From: Mobula hypostoma
Taxonomy: Eukaryota
Direction of reading: 5' to 3'
DNA length: 64,000 nt
Assembly (NCBI RefSeq): GCF_963921235.1
Contig: NC_086097.1
Coordinates: 25,112,001 to 25,176,000, forward strand
Shown: in pieces, positions 50,351-63,424 of the stretch
Layout of the letters: the number at the start of each line of letters is the position of its first letter
How positions within the stretch are numbered: the first letter of the stretch is position 1
Notes under the pieces: generated by a model
Seen by the model: only the letters and a program-made list of their open reading frames with translations
Databases searched by the model: none
Told to the model about the DNA's origin: nothing
Made by a program: the position numbers and the translations under genes

Positions 50351-52490
50351 CTACCATCCTTTCCCTGTCTCATTGGAAAGTACCTACACAGAACGCCACA
50401 CAAATATCCCCTGAACTTCTGCCACATTTCTGCTGTACATTTCCCTGAGAACATCTGCTCCCAATCTATGCTTCCAAGCTCCTGCCTGATAGCTTCATAT
50501 TTCTCCTTACTCCAATTAAATGCTTTCCTAACTCGTCTGCTCCAATCCCTCTCCAATGCTATGGTAAAGGAGATAGAATTGTGATCACTATCTCCAAAAT
50601 GCTCTCCCACTGAGAGACCTAACACCTGACCAGGTTCATTTCCCAATACCAGATCAAGTACAGCCTCTCCTCCTATAGGCTTATCTACATATTGTGTCAG
50701 GAAACCTTCCTGATCACACCTAATAAACTCCACCCCATCTATACCCCTTGCTCTAGGGAGATGCCAATCAATATTGGGGAAATTAAAATCTCCCATTGTG
50801 ACAACCCTGTTATTACTGCACCATTCCAGAATCTGTCTCCCTATCTGCCCCTCGATGTCCCTGTTACTATTGGGCGGTCAATAAGAAACACCCAGTAGAG
50901 TTATTGACCCCTTCCTGTTTCGAACTTCCACCCACAGAGGTTCAGTAGATAATCCCTCCATGACTTCCTCCTTTTCTGCAGCTGAGACACCACCTTTGAT
51001 CAACAGTGCCACGCCCCCACCTCTTTTGACCCTTTCCCTGTCCTTTCTGAAACATCTAAAGCCTGGCACTCTAAGTAGCCATTCTGCCCCTGAGCCATCC
51101 AAGTCTCTGTAATGGCCACTACATCATAGCTCCAAGTACTGATCCACGCTCTAAACTCATCCGCTTTGTTCATGATACTCCTTGCGTTAAAATAGATACA
51201 TCTCAAACCATCAGTCTGAGTGCATCCCTTCTCCATCACCCACCTATCCTCCCTCTCACACTGCCTACGAGTTTTCCCTATTTGTGGCCAACCACCCCCT
51301 CCTCCGATTCGTCAGTATGGTTCCCATCCCCAGCAATTCTAGTTTAAACTCTCCCCAAAAGCCTTAGCAAACCTCTCTGCCAGGATATTGGTCTCCCTCG
51401 GATTCAAGTGCAACCCATACTAATGGTACAGGTCACGCCTGCCCCAAAAGAGGTCCCAATGATCCAGAAATCCGAATCCCTCCCCCCGCTCCAATCTCTC
51501 AGCCACACATTTATCCTCCACCTCACTCTATTCCTATACTCACTGTCGCATGATACAAGCAGTAATCCCGAGATTACTATCCTTGTGGTCCTGCTTCTCA
51601 ACTTCTTTCCTAACTCCCTGTAGTCTGTTTTCAGGACCTCCTTCCTATGTTGTTGGAACCAATATGAACCACGACCTCTGGCTGTTCACCTTCCCACTTC
51701 AGGATATCGTGGACGCGATCAGAAACATCCCGGACCTTGGCACCTGGGAGGCAAACTACCATCTGTGTTTCTTTCCTGAGTCCACAGAATCACTTGTCTG
51801 ACCCCCTAACTATAGAGTCCCTTATCACTGCTGCCATCTTCTTCTTTTCCCTGCCGTTCTGAGCCACAGGGCCAGACTTTATGCCACTGTTGCTTCCCCC
51901 AGATAGGTCCCCCCCCCCCAACAGTACTCAAGCGGGAGTACTTACTTTTAAGGGGACCAGCCACAGGGATACTCTCTAGCATGTGACTCTTGCCCTTCCC
52001 TCTCCTGACTGTTACCCACTTATCTGTCTCCCAAGGCCCCGGTGTGACTACTTGCCTGTAGCTCCTATCTATCAGCTCCTCACTTTCCCTGACCAGTCAA
52101 AGGTCATCAAGCTGAAACTCCAGTTCTCTAACCCAGTCCCTAAGGAGCTGCAGCTTGGCGCACTTGACACAGATGTGGCCATCCGGGAGCCTGGGTATCT
52201 CCTGGACATCCCACATCTGACACCCAGTACCGGAGTTCTGTCCTCACAGACATACTTCCTGCTCCTATTCTTCACAAGTAACTTACCTCGCCTTGACCTG
52301 TTATCACCGAAGCCCTGTGAACCAAAGCCCTCTCTATAAAGCTGTCTTCTTTTTAAATTCTTCCCGCCGGTCTAACTCGCTGACATCTACATGCCTCTGC
52401 TGTCTGTCTCGATCAAACTGCTGAAAGAAAAATGCTCTCCTTTTAAATTCTTCCCACCGAACTAATTCGTTGATGTCCACGCACCTGCAC
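50351..52490 (-). mobile_element. 5' part of a CR1-like LINE (UTR, ORF1 esterase, APE endonuclease)
   Basis: YFNARSIMNK..VVAITETW; MGDFNFPNIDW..LDLVL..GDSDHNSISF. Confidence 0.92.
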
Positions 52491-52792
52491 AGTTATGCCT
52501 TGTGGGAAGTGGTTCATTTGGTACGTCAAATTTGAAGACAGAATATACTATTAATGGTAAGACTCTTGGCAGTGTGGAGGATCTGAGAGATCTTAGGGTC
52601 CATGTCCATAGGACACTCAAAGCTGCTGAGCAGGTTGACAAACAACACGTTAAGAAGGCATATGGTGTGTTGGCATTCATCAACCGTGGGATTGAGTTCA
52701 AGAGCCGTGAAGTAATGATACAGCTATATAAGACCTTGGTCAGGCCCCATTTGGAGTACTGTGTTCAGTTCTGGTCACCTCACTACAGGAAG

Positions 52793-54193
52793 CTCGTTGA
52801 CTTTATTAACTTTGCCTCCAACTTTCACCCTGCCCTCAAGTTTACCTGGTCCATTTCCGACACCTCCCTCCCCTTTCTAGATCTCTCTGTCTCTGGAGAC
52901 AGCTTATCCACTGATGTCTACTATAAGCCTACTGACTCGCACAGCTATCTGGACTATTCCTCTTCTCACCCTGTCTCTTGCAAAAACGCCATCCCCTTCT
53001 CGCAATTCCTCTGTCTCCGCCGCATCTGCTCTCAGGATGAGGCTTTTCATTCTAGGACGAGGGAGATGTCTTCCTTTTTTAAAGAAAGGGGCTTCCCTTC
53101 CTCCACTATCAATTCTGCTCTTAAACTCATCTCCCCCATTTCACGTACATCTGCTCTCACTCCATCCTCCCGCCACCCCACTAGGAATAGGGTTCCCCTG
53201 GTCCTCACCTACCACCCCACCAGCCTCTGGGTCCAACATATTATTCTCCGTAACTTCCGCCACCTCCAACGGGATCCCACCACTAAGCACATCTTTCCCT
53301 CCCCCCCCGTTTTCCGCAGGGATCGCTCCCTACGCGACTCCCTTGTCCATTCGTCCCCCTCATCCTTCCCCACTGATCTCCCTCCTGGCACTTATCCGTG
53401 TAAGCGGAACAAGTGCTACACATGCCCTTACACTTCCTCCCTTACCACCATTCAGGGCCCCAAACCGTCCTTCCAGGTGAGGCAACACTTCACCTGTGAG
53501 TCGGCTGGGGTGATATACTGCGTCTGGTGCTCCCGATGTTGCCTTTTATATATTGGCGAGACCCCACGCAGACTGGGAGACCACTTTGCTGAACACCTAC
53601 GCTCTGTCTGCCAGAGAAAGCAGGATCTCCCAGTGGCCACACATTTTAATTCCACGTCCCATTCCCATTCTGACATGTCTATCCACGGCCTCCTCTACTG
53701 TAAAGATGAAGCCACACTCAGGTTGGAGGAACAACACCTTATATTCCGTCTGGGTAGCCTCCAACCTGATGGCGTGAACATCGACTTCTCTAACTTCTGC
53801 TAATGCCCCACCTCCCCCTCGTACCCCATCTGTTATTTATTTTTATACACACATTCTTTCTCTCACTCTCCTTTTTCTCTCTCTGTCCCTCTGAATATAC
53901 CCCTTGCCCATCCTCTGGGTTCCGCCCTCATCTTGTCTTTCTTCCTGGACCTCCTGTCCCATGATCCTCTCATATCCCTTTTGCCAATCACCTGTCCAGC
54001 TCTTGGCTCCATCCCTCCCCCTCCTGTCTTTTCCTATCATTTTGGATCTCCCCCTCCCCCTCCAACTTTCAAATCTCTTACTTACTCTTCCTTCAGTTAG
54101 TCCTGACGAAGGGTCTCGGCCTGAAACATCGACTGTACCTCTTCCTAGAGATGCTACCTGGCCTGCTGCATTCACCAGCAACTTTGATGTGTG
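52793..54193 (+). mobile_element. 5'-truncated Penelope-like element (RT C-terminus, GIY-YIG endonuclease, 3' terminus)
   Basis: LPFLDL..TDVYYKPTDSHSYL; GVIYCVWCSRC.LLYIGET; 13-bp TSD TCACTACAGGAAG at 52780-52792 and 54194-54206. Confidence 0.95.
54099..54135 (+). ncRNA. Hammerhead ribozyme motif (GUC changed to AUC, probable CpG decay)
   Basis: AGTC-CTGACGA-AGGGTCTCGGCCT-GAAA-CATC-GACTG. Confidence 0.68.
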
Positions 54194-54711
54194 TCACTAC
54201 AGGAAGGATAGGGATACTATAGAGAGAGTGCAGAGGAGATTTACAAGGATGTTGACTGGATTGGAGAATAGGTTGAGTGAACTTAGCCTTTTCTCCTTGG
54301 AGCGATGGAGGATGAGAGGTGATCTGATACAGGTGTATAAGATGATGAGGGGCAATGATCGTGTTGATAGTTAGAGGCTTTCCCAGGGCTGAAATGGCTA
54401 ACACGAAGGGGTATAGTTTTAAGGTGCTTAGAAATAGGTACTGAGGAGATGTAGGGGTAAGTTTTACACACAGAGAGTGGTGGGTGTGTGGAATGCACTG
54501 CCGGTGGCAGTGGTGGAAGCAGATACAATAGGGACTTTTAAGAGCCTCTTAGATAGGTACATGGAGCTTAGTAAAATAGAGGGCTATGCGCTAGGGAAAT
54601 TCTAGGCAGTTTCTAGAGTAGGTTACATGGTCGGCACAACATTGTGGGCCAAAGGGCCTGTAATGTGCTGTAGATTTCTATGTTCTGAATTACTTCATTC
54701 ATCCTGAGAGG

Positions 54712-54965
54712 GTGGCAAAGTAGCACAGCGGTTAGTGTAACACTATTACAGCACCAGCAACCTCAGTTCAATTCTGCCACTGTCTGATGAAGATTGTATG
54801 TACTCCCTGTGACCATGTAGGTTTCCTCCAGGTGCTCTGGTTTCCTCCCACATTCCAAAGATATAGGGGTTAGTAGGGTAACTGGGCACATGAGTGTAAC
54901 TGGCACAGGCTTGTTGGGCCAGAAGGGCCTGTTGCTGTTCTGTATCTGTAAATCTAAATCTAAAT
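54712..54965 (+). mobile_element. V-SINE-like SINE
   Basis: tRNA-like head, GGTTTCCTCCAGGTGCTCTGGTTTCCTCCCACA core, (CTAAAT)n tail. Confidence 0.75.
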
Positions 54966-56159
54966 CCCTGCCTTTATCAAGATTCAAGATTCAAGATTCA
55001 AGATTGTTTTTGTCATTCTTTGGAACATGAGTGTAAATGAGATCGAAATGATTGTTACTCCAGATCTGCTGCAGCATAAAAAAGCACAACTGCCATAAAA
55101 ACACAATAAATAGAAATATAAAAGGAATCGATAAAACACAATGTACCAGTATCTGTTGAGGGAGGATTAGCAGATATACATAAACGCAGTGTATGTACAT
55201 AAAGTGATGGTAGGTGCAGAAGTATCTGAACATAAGGTGACGCTGACAAGAAATGGTAAAAGTGTCAGAGAGACTCTTGGCAAGAGATCTTCTAAGTAGC
55301 AGCAGGACTGTAAAAATACACAGTACCGTATTGATTGTATCAGTCTACGTAAGAGGTGTGGATAGTAAGCATAAAATGGCAGTGCATGGGATGTTGAGGG
55401 ATGATGAAGAGTGCTGAGGGGCTGTGGAGAAGAGTGTACGTAGTGGTGGTGGGTTGGGTTAGTGGATGGAGGTGTTGATTACCCAGACGGCTTCAGGGAA
55501 GTAATGGTTTTTGAGTCTAGTGGTCCAGGTGTGGATGCTGCATAGCCTCTTCCCTGATAGGAGTGAGACAAACAGCCCATAAGCATTACCATCCCTTTTC
55601 CACTAGAATGTTTGCTTCACTTGTTGAAGAAGAATTTTTTGATATCTCTCTAAGTTACCTTTCACCTCTGTTCCCTAGCTCTTATTCTATAGATGCTGCT
55701 CCAGCTCGACTTCCTCTAACAGTTGAACTTTGTATATAGCTTCACAAAATTATTCCTCAAATGCTTTTTTTTCTCGTGGGAAAAAATTGAGCTTGGGTAC
55801 TCCAGCCCCTTAACTACAGGATCAACTAAAGTGCTCAACAGCTGATCTTCTTATTATAATTTTCTCTAAAAGGGATAGAGATGCTTTTGTTTACACTGAC
55901 TTACTGCTGAACCCATAACTACACAGAGGGACTTCTGAGAAGCCAACTGTTAGGACTCACAAAAGAATCAGTGATGATCTAACTGTTATTTTTCTGCCCC
56001 ATGTTGTTATGAATTAGAAAACACTCCCTTCAAATGGGATTGGATAAATATTTGAAGCAGAAGAAAGGTGCTAGAATGAGCAAGAGCAGGACATACAGAA
56101 GCCTAAAGTGTTACACCACCAGGTTCAGGAACAGCTACCTTCCTACAGCCACCAGGTTG

Positions 56160-57230
56160 TTGAACTGACCAATGCTTTGGCTTCCACAGCTATCCGTGGC
56201 AATGAATTCCACAGATTCATCCTCTGCCTAAAGAACTTCATCTTTATCTCTGTTCTTAAGAGATGTTCTTGTATTCTGAGGTGGTCCAGTCTAGTCTTAG
56301 ACTCTCTCCACTATAGGAAACAGCCTCTCCACATCCACTTTAACTAGGCTTTTTAACGTTCGATAGGTTTCAATAAGATCCCCTCATTCTTCGAAACTCC
56401 AGCAAATACAGGCCCAGAACCAGCAAATGTTGTTCATATGTTAATCCTTTCATAGAAACATAGAAACATAGAATATAGGTGCAGGAGTAGGCCATTCGGC
56501 CCTTCGAGCCTGCACTGCCATTCAGTACGATCATGGCTGATCACCCAACTCAGAACCCTGTACCCGCCTTCTCTCCATACCCCCTGATCTCTTTAGCCAC
56601 AAGGGCCTTATCTAACTCCCTCTTAAATATAGCCAATGAACTGGCCTCAACTGTTTCCTGTGGTACAGAATTCCACAGATTCACCACTCTGTGTGAAGAA
56701 GTTTTTCCTCATCTCGGTCCTAAAAGGCTTCCCCTTTATCCTCAAACTGTGACCCCTCGTTTTGGATTTCCCCAACATCGGGAACAATCTTCTACATCTA
56801 GCCCATCCAATCCCTTTAGAATTTTATATGTTTCAATAAGATTCCCCCTCAATCTTCTAAATTCCAGAGAGTATAAGCCTAGCCAATCCAGTCTTTCATC
56901 ATATGAAAGTCCTGCCATCGCAGGAATCAATCTGGTGAACCTTCTTTGTACTCCCTCCATGGCAAGAATGTCTTTCCTCAGATTAGGAGACCAAAACTGC
57001 ACACAATACTCTAGGTGTGGTCTCACCAAGGCCTTGTACAACTGCAGTAGTACCTCCCTGCTTCTGTACTCGAATCTTCTTGCTATCCTCTTTCATTCCC
57101 AAGATCTTCTCTTGAACCTTCTCCAGATCTTCTCCAATGCCACCATATCCTTTCTTAGATAAGGGGCCCAAAACAGCTCATCATATTCCAAATGCAGTCT
57201 GACCATTGTCTTATAAAGCCTCAGCATTAC
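56160..57230 (-). mobile_element. Older CR1 3' fragment containing a younger CR1 3' end (~56454-57085)
   Basis: Inner copy [19 protein letters not shown] with (CATAGAAA)n tail; CTTTCAT repeated at both junctions. Confidence 0.85.
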
Positions 57231-57934
57231 ATGGAAGGTCTCAGCCCAAAATAGCGACTGTTTATTCCTCTCCATAGATGTTGCCTGACCTGCTGAGTTC
57301 CTCCACCATTATGTATGTGCACTCTGGATTTCTAGCATCTGAAGAGTTTCTTGTCCAGTACGATTTGTTTCTCAAACATTTTGCCTTTTTGTTCTAAAAG
57401 TCAGGGCTTGCATATCTTCTAAGGACTGTAAGCTTTCATAAGAGAATGCTTCAAACGAAGACGGAACTAGTAAGTGACAACCTGTTCGAAAGGATTCTCA
57501 AATGTGCAAAGAATGAATGCAAAAATGTGGCATTTTCAGGTCACCAAACTGGGTTTAATGAATACTGGCACTTACTAATAGAGGAAAACCACAATATTTC
57601 AAGACATAACAGTCTATCTGATCATTCGAGACATCTTATTAGTGTAACATCGTGCCCATTTAACTTCTCTCTATCTCAAGGATTCTACATTTTCAAGTTG
57701 TGATATTATTTGATGCAGTGAGCACTTTTGATCACCTGGATCAATTTGTTAATCCCAGAACCTTCAGAAGATGTGCAGTTTATCTCACTCAGATAGGATG
57801 CAAAGCAGCTTAACTCCAAATGTCACCCCACAAAAAAACTTTGATTAGGAATTCAAATCCTAATACCACCCAACAATACCACGGATTCAAGTGTTCCGTG
57901 GCAGCTGAGGGGGAATGGCTTTGAGAGTGGTGAT

Positions 57935-58235
57935 ATTTGTTTATTTCGGAGATACAGCATGGAACAGACCCTTCCAGTGCAACGAGCTGCACTGCCCAGC
58001 AACTCACCTATTTAACATTAGCCTAGTCACAGAACCATTTACAATGACCAATTAACCTTCTAACCACAACATCTTTGGACTGTGGGAGGAAACTGTAGCA
58101 CCCAGAAGAAACCCATGCGCTCATGGGAAGAACTGTACAAACCTCTTACAGGGGATGCCAGAATTGAAGTCTGAACTCCATTGCTCTGAGCTCTGATGGC
58201 ATCGCAGTAACTGCTACACTACTGTGATGCCCATA
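57935..58235 (-). mobile_element. V-SINE-like SINE
   Basis: TGTGGGAGGAAACTGTAGCACCCAGAAGAAACCCA core; similar copy at ~60470-60750. Confidence 0.75.
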
Positions 58236-59174
58236 GATATAGGAATATGATATAGGAACTGAAGATGATTGATGGACTGAAGAGCGGTGGAGAATGATAG
58301 GCTAGTTAAGCCAGTTTGAGGAGGAGTGGAGTTGGGAGAGAAAGACAGGTGGATGATGGATGGAGGTAGAGAAAACAATAGTCTTACTCCTTTTCATTTA
58401 AGAGACTCTTGTATAGGCACATGGATGAAAGAAAAATGGAGGGCTATGTGTGAGGAATGTGTTAGATTGATCTCAGAGCAAGTTAAAAGTACAAGACTGG
58501 TGAAAAGATAGAACAGTACAACACGGTACAGGCTCGTTGACCCATGATATTGTCCCAAGCTTTTTAACTTACTTCGAGATCATTTTAACCCTTCCGTCTC
58601 ACATAGTCCTCCATTTTTGTTTATCCACGTGCTTATCTAAGGGTCTTTTAAATGAGAAGGAGGAAGTTTTTTTTCTCTCTGTCCCCATCTATCATCCATC
58701 TGTCTTTCTCTCCCAGCTCCACCCCTCCCCTACCTGGCACAATGTCTATAATCCTTCACCTCTCTACAGTCCAACAATCATCTTAACACCAACCACTCTC
58801 CCTCTCCTCTTTATACCTGATTGTCTCCCATCTCAGTCCCGCTTTAGTATTTGGATCCAAAACATCAACAATTCCTCCACCCACCCACCCACCCCCAACA
58901 GAGGATGGACAAACGTGTAGTGTTTTCTCTGGAGCAGCAGAAGGGAGACCTGATACAAGAATACAAGAGACATAAGTAGAGTTGACAGCCAGTATCTTTT
59001 TTCCAGCGTTGAAATGTCCAATATTGGAGGCATACATTTAAGGTGAGGGGGGTTAAGTTCAACGGAGTTGCGCGAGACAGTTTTTTTTACAATGACAGTG
59101 GTGGGTGCATGGAATGCGCTGCCAGGGCTGGTGGTAAAAGCAAATATGATAGAGGCATTTTAAAGTATCTGTAC

Positions 59175-59358
59175 TGGTGCTGTAGTGGCATTCACACCTG
59201 GACTTTGGAACATGAGGTCTTGGGTTCGAATCCGGCTAGTTGCTTGTATGCTTTCCATCTGTGCTGAGTTGCACATCGAGCCAGCAACTCAGCCTCGTAA
59301 AACAAACGCTAAAGAAATGGTGAAGTTGCCACCTGAGGCAAAGTGCAGGAAGGAACTT
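59175..59358 (+). mobile_element. tRNA-derived SINE without the V-like core
   Basis: A-box-like GGTGCTGTAGTGG and B-box GGTTCGAATCC followed by a non-tRNA body. Confidence 0.6.
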
Positions 59359-61620
59359 ATATCAACAGGTCAGCTCCATCATGGCACCAGCCTCCGTAGC
59401 GTCCAAATCATCTCCAAGGAGTGGTGCTAAAAAAAGGCGGTATCCATCATTAAGGACCCCCATCACCCACGACATGCTCTCTTCTCATTGTTACCATCAG
59501 AGAGGAGGTACACACACTCAACGATTCAGAAACAGCTTCTTCCCCTCTGCTATCTGATTTCTGAATGGGCGTTGAACCCATGAACACCACCTCTCTACTT
59601 TTTTGTACTTTTTTTAACTATTATATATATTACTGTAATTCAGTTTTTATTTTAATGTATTACAATGTACTGCTGCCTCATAACAACAAATTTCACAACA
59701 TATGCTAGTGATATTGATGTGCAGAGAATGGAGGGATATGGACATTGTGTAGGCAGCCGGGCATTTGATTACTAGTTTAATTAATTCATCACACCATAGG
59801 CCTAGTTCCTTTGCTGTACTGTTCCATGTTCTAGACACTGCGAGGATTTTTAAAGTGGGGTATATGCAACTGCTCTGCCTGAGACCACAAGAAATTGAGG
59901 AGAGTTGTGAAAGCAGCCCAGTCCATTGCACAAACAGGTCTCCCTTCCACTGATTCCACTGATACATCTCACAGCCTTGGGAAAGCAACCAATGTAAGCA
60001 AAAACCCCATCCAACCCTAGCCACTCCCTTTCCTCCCCCCGCCTCCCACAGCTTGTACGACCAGCTCAAGAACAGCTTCTATCTGACTGTTATCAAAACC
60101 CTGAACAGGTCTATCACACGTCACACATAAAAGATGTATTCCTGATTTCCTATTCTACTTTATTGTAGCCTTTTCACTTTAATTGTCTACCTGCAGTGCA
60201 CTTTCTATGTAACTAAAACTCTATATTTTGAATCCTGTTTTTTTTTACTGCCTTGAAGTACACATAAATTGGCAGATACAGCCCAGTCTGTGACAGGCAA
60301 AGCCCTCCCCACTATTGAACACATTTAAGGAGTGCTGCCACAAAAAAGCAGCATCCATCATCAGGGACTCCCACATTCCAGACCATGTTCTCTTCTCATT
60401 ACTACCATCAGGCAAGCACATTGCTTGTTTGTCAGTCTTTATGTATAGTTTTTCATAAATTCAATTGTATTTATTTATTGAGATGCAGCCCTTCTGGCCC
60501 CATGAACTGCACTGCCCAGCAACCCCAATTTAACCCCAGCCTAACCACGGGACAATTTACAGTGACCAATTAACCTACCAAGTGATATGCCCTTGGACTG
60601 TGGGAGGAAACCAGAGCACCTGGAGGAAACCAGAGCACCCGGAGGAAACCCACGCAGTCATGTACAGTCATACAGATTCCTTACATACAGCGGCAAGAAT
60701 AGAGCCTGTGTCGCTGGTACTGTAAAGCATTGCGCTAATCAATAAGCTATCGTATCACCTTGTACATGCCAGCAAGAAAATTAATCTGAAGATAATGAAG
60801 GTGATACATAGAATGTACTTTGCCAACAACTTTACTTTGACTTTGACGTATGGAATGATCTGTCTGGATTCCACACAAACAAAACTTTTACAGTGTGTCT
60901 CGGTACATGTGATAATAATAATCCAATACCAAACCAATCCTAAGCACAATTTAGTAATAATGGAACATTCAAACTAAAATTAAGGGAAGAATTACCACAT
61001 AACAACTAAAGGAATGAAACTACAGTATATGTATTAACATTGGAGGTTCACGGAGCAAATTCTAAAGTAAACTCCCTTGTAAAACTAATGGCAGTTGTAA
61101 CCTTTTCCATTTTAATAACATTAAACTCTTACCTTAATTCCTTAAAAGGTCAAAGCACACTGTGTTTAAAATTAAGCATTCAGTTCAATTCCTATGAGGA
61201 GCACTTTGTGTATTCTTGACAGCTCCCAGCATTTTAGCGGGTATTGGTAGCGAAATAAAAGCATGAGTAGACTAAGAAAATATAGTAACTCTTACCATTA
61301 TTTTTAACAAAAATGACCTTTAAAACATGAAAGAGCCGTAAGAACATTCATCAATAATAGATCTGAATAGCAAATATCTGTCTGGAAAATTTAAATATTG
61401 GGTTGGCATTTGAGAAAGCCAACTGGTTAGTCAATGCTTCTGTTCAAATCTCTATTTAAACTAGAGACTGCCAAACATATTGTGAAGCCCAAGTACCTCC
61501 CCCACTCACAACACTTCCTTTTTGACATTTTCTCTTTCCCTCCCATCTCACTTCTCCAACAAAAACACCAATCCCCCTGATAAATTCAGAATCACAATCA
61601 GAATCAGGTTTATTGTTATT

Positions 61621-62162
61621 CAGTGGCCACTTTATTAGGTACACATGCACACCTGCTTGTTAATGCAAATATCTAATCAGCCAATCATGTGACAGTAATT
61701 CATTGCATAAAAGAATACAGACATGATCAAGAGGTTCAGTTGTTGTTCAGACCAAACATCAGAATGGGGGAAGAAACGTGATCTAAGTGAATTTGACTGT
61801 GGAATGATTGTTTGTGCCAGATGGGGTGACTTGAGTATCTTAGAAACTGCTGATCTCCTGGGATTTTCATGCACAACAGTCTTAGAAAATGGCGCAAAAA
61901 ACAAAAAACATCCAGTGAGTGGCAACGCAGTGAGCAAACTTGCCTCGTTAATGAGAGAGGTCAGACTGGTTCAAGCTGACAGGAAGGCAACAGTAACTCA
62001 AATAACCACATGTTATAACAGTGGTGTGCAGAAAAGCACCTCCATATGCACAGCATGTTGAACCTTGAAGTGGATGGGCAACAGCAGCAGAAGATGATGA
62101 ACATACACTCAGTGGCAGTTTATTAGGTAGAGGGGCAACCTAACAAAGTGGTCATTGAGTGT
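61621..62162 (+). mobile_element. Internally deleted Tc1-like DNA transposon
   Basis: TIR CAGTGGCCACTTTATTAGGT and its inverse near 62138-62160; paired-like HTH remnant KKRDLSEFDCGMIVCAR..SILETADLLGFS. Confidence 0.85.
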
Positions 62163-62989
62163 GTATATACTGTATATGGAGGGGAGAAGCTGTACCTAAA
62201 ACATTGAGTCTACAGACTTTTGTACCTCCTCTCTGATGGTAGTAATGAGAAGACATATCCTGGGTGATGGGTCCCATTAAATTTAAAATTTTAAACTAAA
62301 TTTTAAGGATCCTATTTGATTTATTGTTTAACACGTTTATATTAAAAGAAAGTGAATTGAATATGTATATAAGCCACATTTTAACTATGAGAAATTAAGC
62401 TGCAATGTTTGCACATAGAACAGTACAGCACAATACAGGACCTTTAGTCCACGATGTTTAGCTGATATTTTAACCCACTTCAAGTTCAATCGAACACTTC
62501 CCTCCCACATATGCTTAAGCATTTAGTGTTTCTCAGAGAATTTGTTTGAAATACTATAATTTGAAAGAATTACAAGCAGTCACATGTGGTAAAGCCTATT
62601 TCCTCTCCCCAAACTGCATTGCTTCTTGGGGATTTCTATTGTAGTGTAACCTTTTAAAGTATTCAGATTACACGAGCTGTCACTTTACATCAGAATACTC
62701 TGAGGAATAAACAGATTCCAGAGGTGATGACAGCCCTATTAGTGAAGTACAAGTCAAAGTCAAAGTCAAAGCAAATTTATTATCAAAATAAGTATATGTT
62801 ACTATACACTACCTTGAGATTCATTTTCTTGCAGGCATTTACATGAAAAATAAAGAAATACAATAGAATGTATTAAAAAGCTAGATATAAACAATGGCTG
62901 GCAAACAACCAATGTGCAAAAGAAGACAAATTGTGTAAAGAAAAAATAAATAATACTGAGAACATGAGTTGCAGAGTACTTGAAAGTGA

Positions 62990-63322
62990 TTCAGTAGGTT
63001 GTGGAATTAGTTCAGAATTGTGGTGAGTGAGGATATCCATACATGATATCCTGATTCATGAGCCTGATGGCAGTAGAGCAATAAGTGTTCTTGCACCTGG
63101 TGGTGTGGAACCCAAGGCAACTGTATTTTCTGCCCAGTTATATTAGTGAGAAGAGAGCATGGCCTGGATGGTAGGAGTCCTTGATTATGGATGTTGCTTT
63201 CTTGTGGCAGCAAGTCCATGTAGATGTGCTCAGTGGAGGAGAGGGCTTTCCCTGTGATGGACTGGGCTTTATCCACCACTTTCTGTTGTCTTTTCCATTC
63301 CTGGGCTTTGGTGTTTCCATAC
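62990..63322 (-). mobile_element. Rex1/Babar-like 3' fragment
   Basis: KKATSIIKDSYHPGHALFSL motif. Confidence 0.7.
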
Positions 63323-63424
63323 CACTACTACTACTATTACTATTACTACTATTACTATGACTACTACTACTACTATTACTACTACTACTACTACAACTAC
63401 TATTACTACTACTACTACTACTAC
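63323..63424. repeat. Imperfect (TAC/TAT)n trinucleotide microsatellite, ~34 units, forming the RTE 3' tail
   Basis: Direct reading; lies just downstream of the minus-strand RTE stop codon. Confidence 0.97.

Larger units (their letters stand above)
52500..54686 (+). mobile_element. CR1-like 3' part interrupted by a Penelope-like insertion
   Basis: [23 protein letters not shown] resumes as HYRKDRDTIERVQRRFTRM after 54193; TTTCTATGTTCT tail. Confidence 0.9.

Noticed and set aside
56533..57162. 209-aa plus-strand ORF
   Set aside because: It is the antisense reading of a young CR1 3' end.
59175..59235. tRNA gene
   Set aside because: A/B boxes are present but there is no complete cloverleaf, and it continues into a SINE-like body.
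61133..61140. Possible 8-nt minus-strand microexon (ttttaag|GAATTAAG|gtaaga)
   Set aside because: It would shift the frame and has no independent support; such motifs arise by chance.
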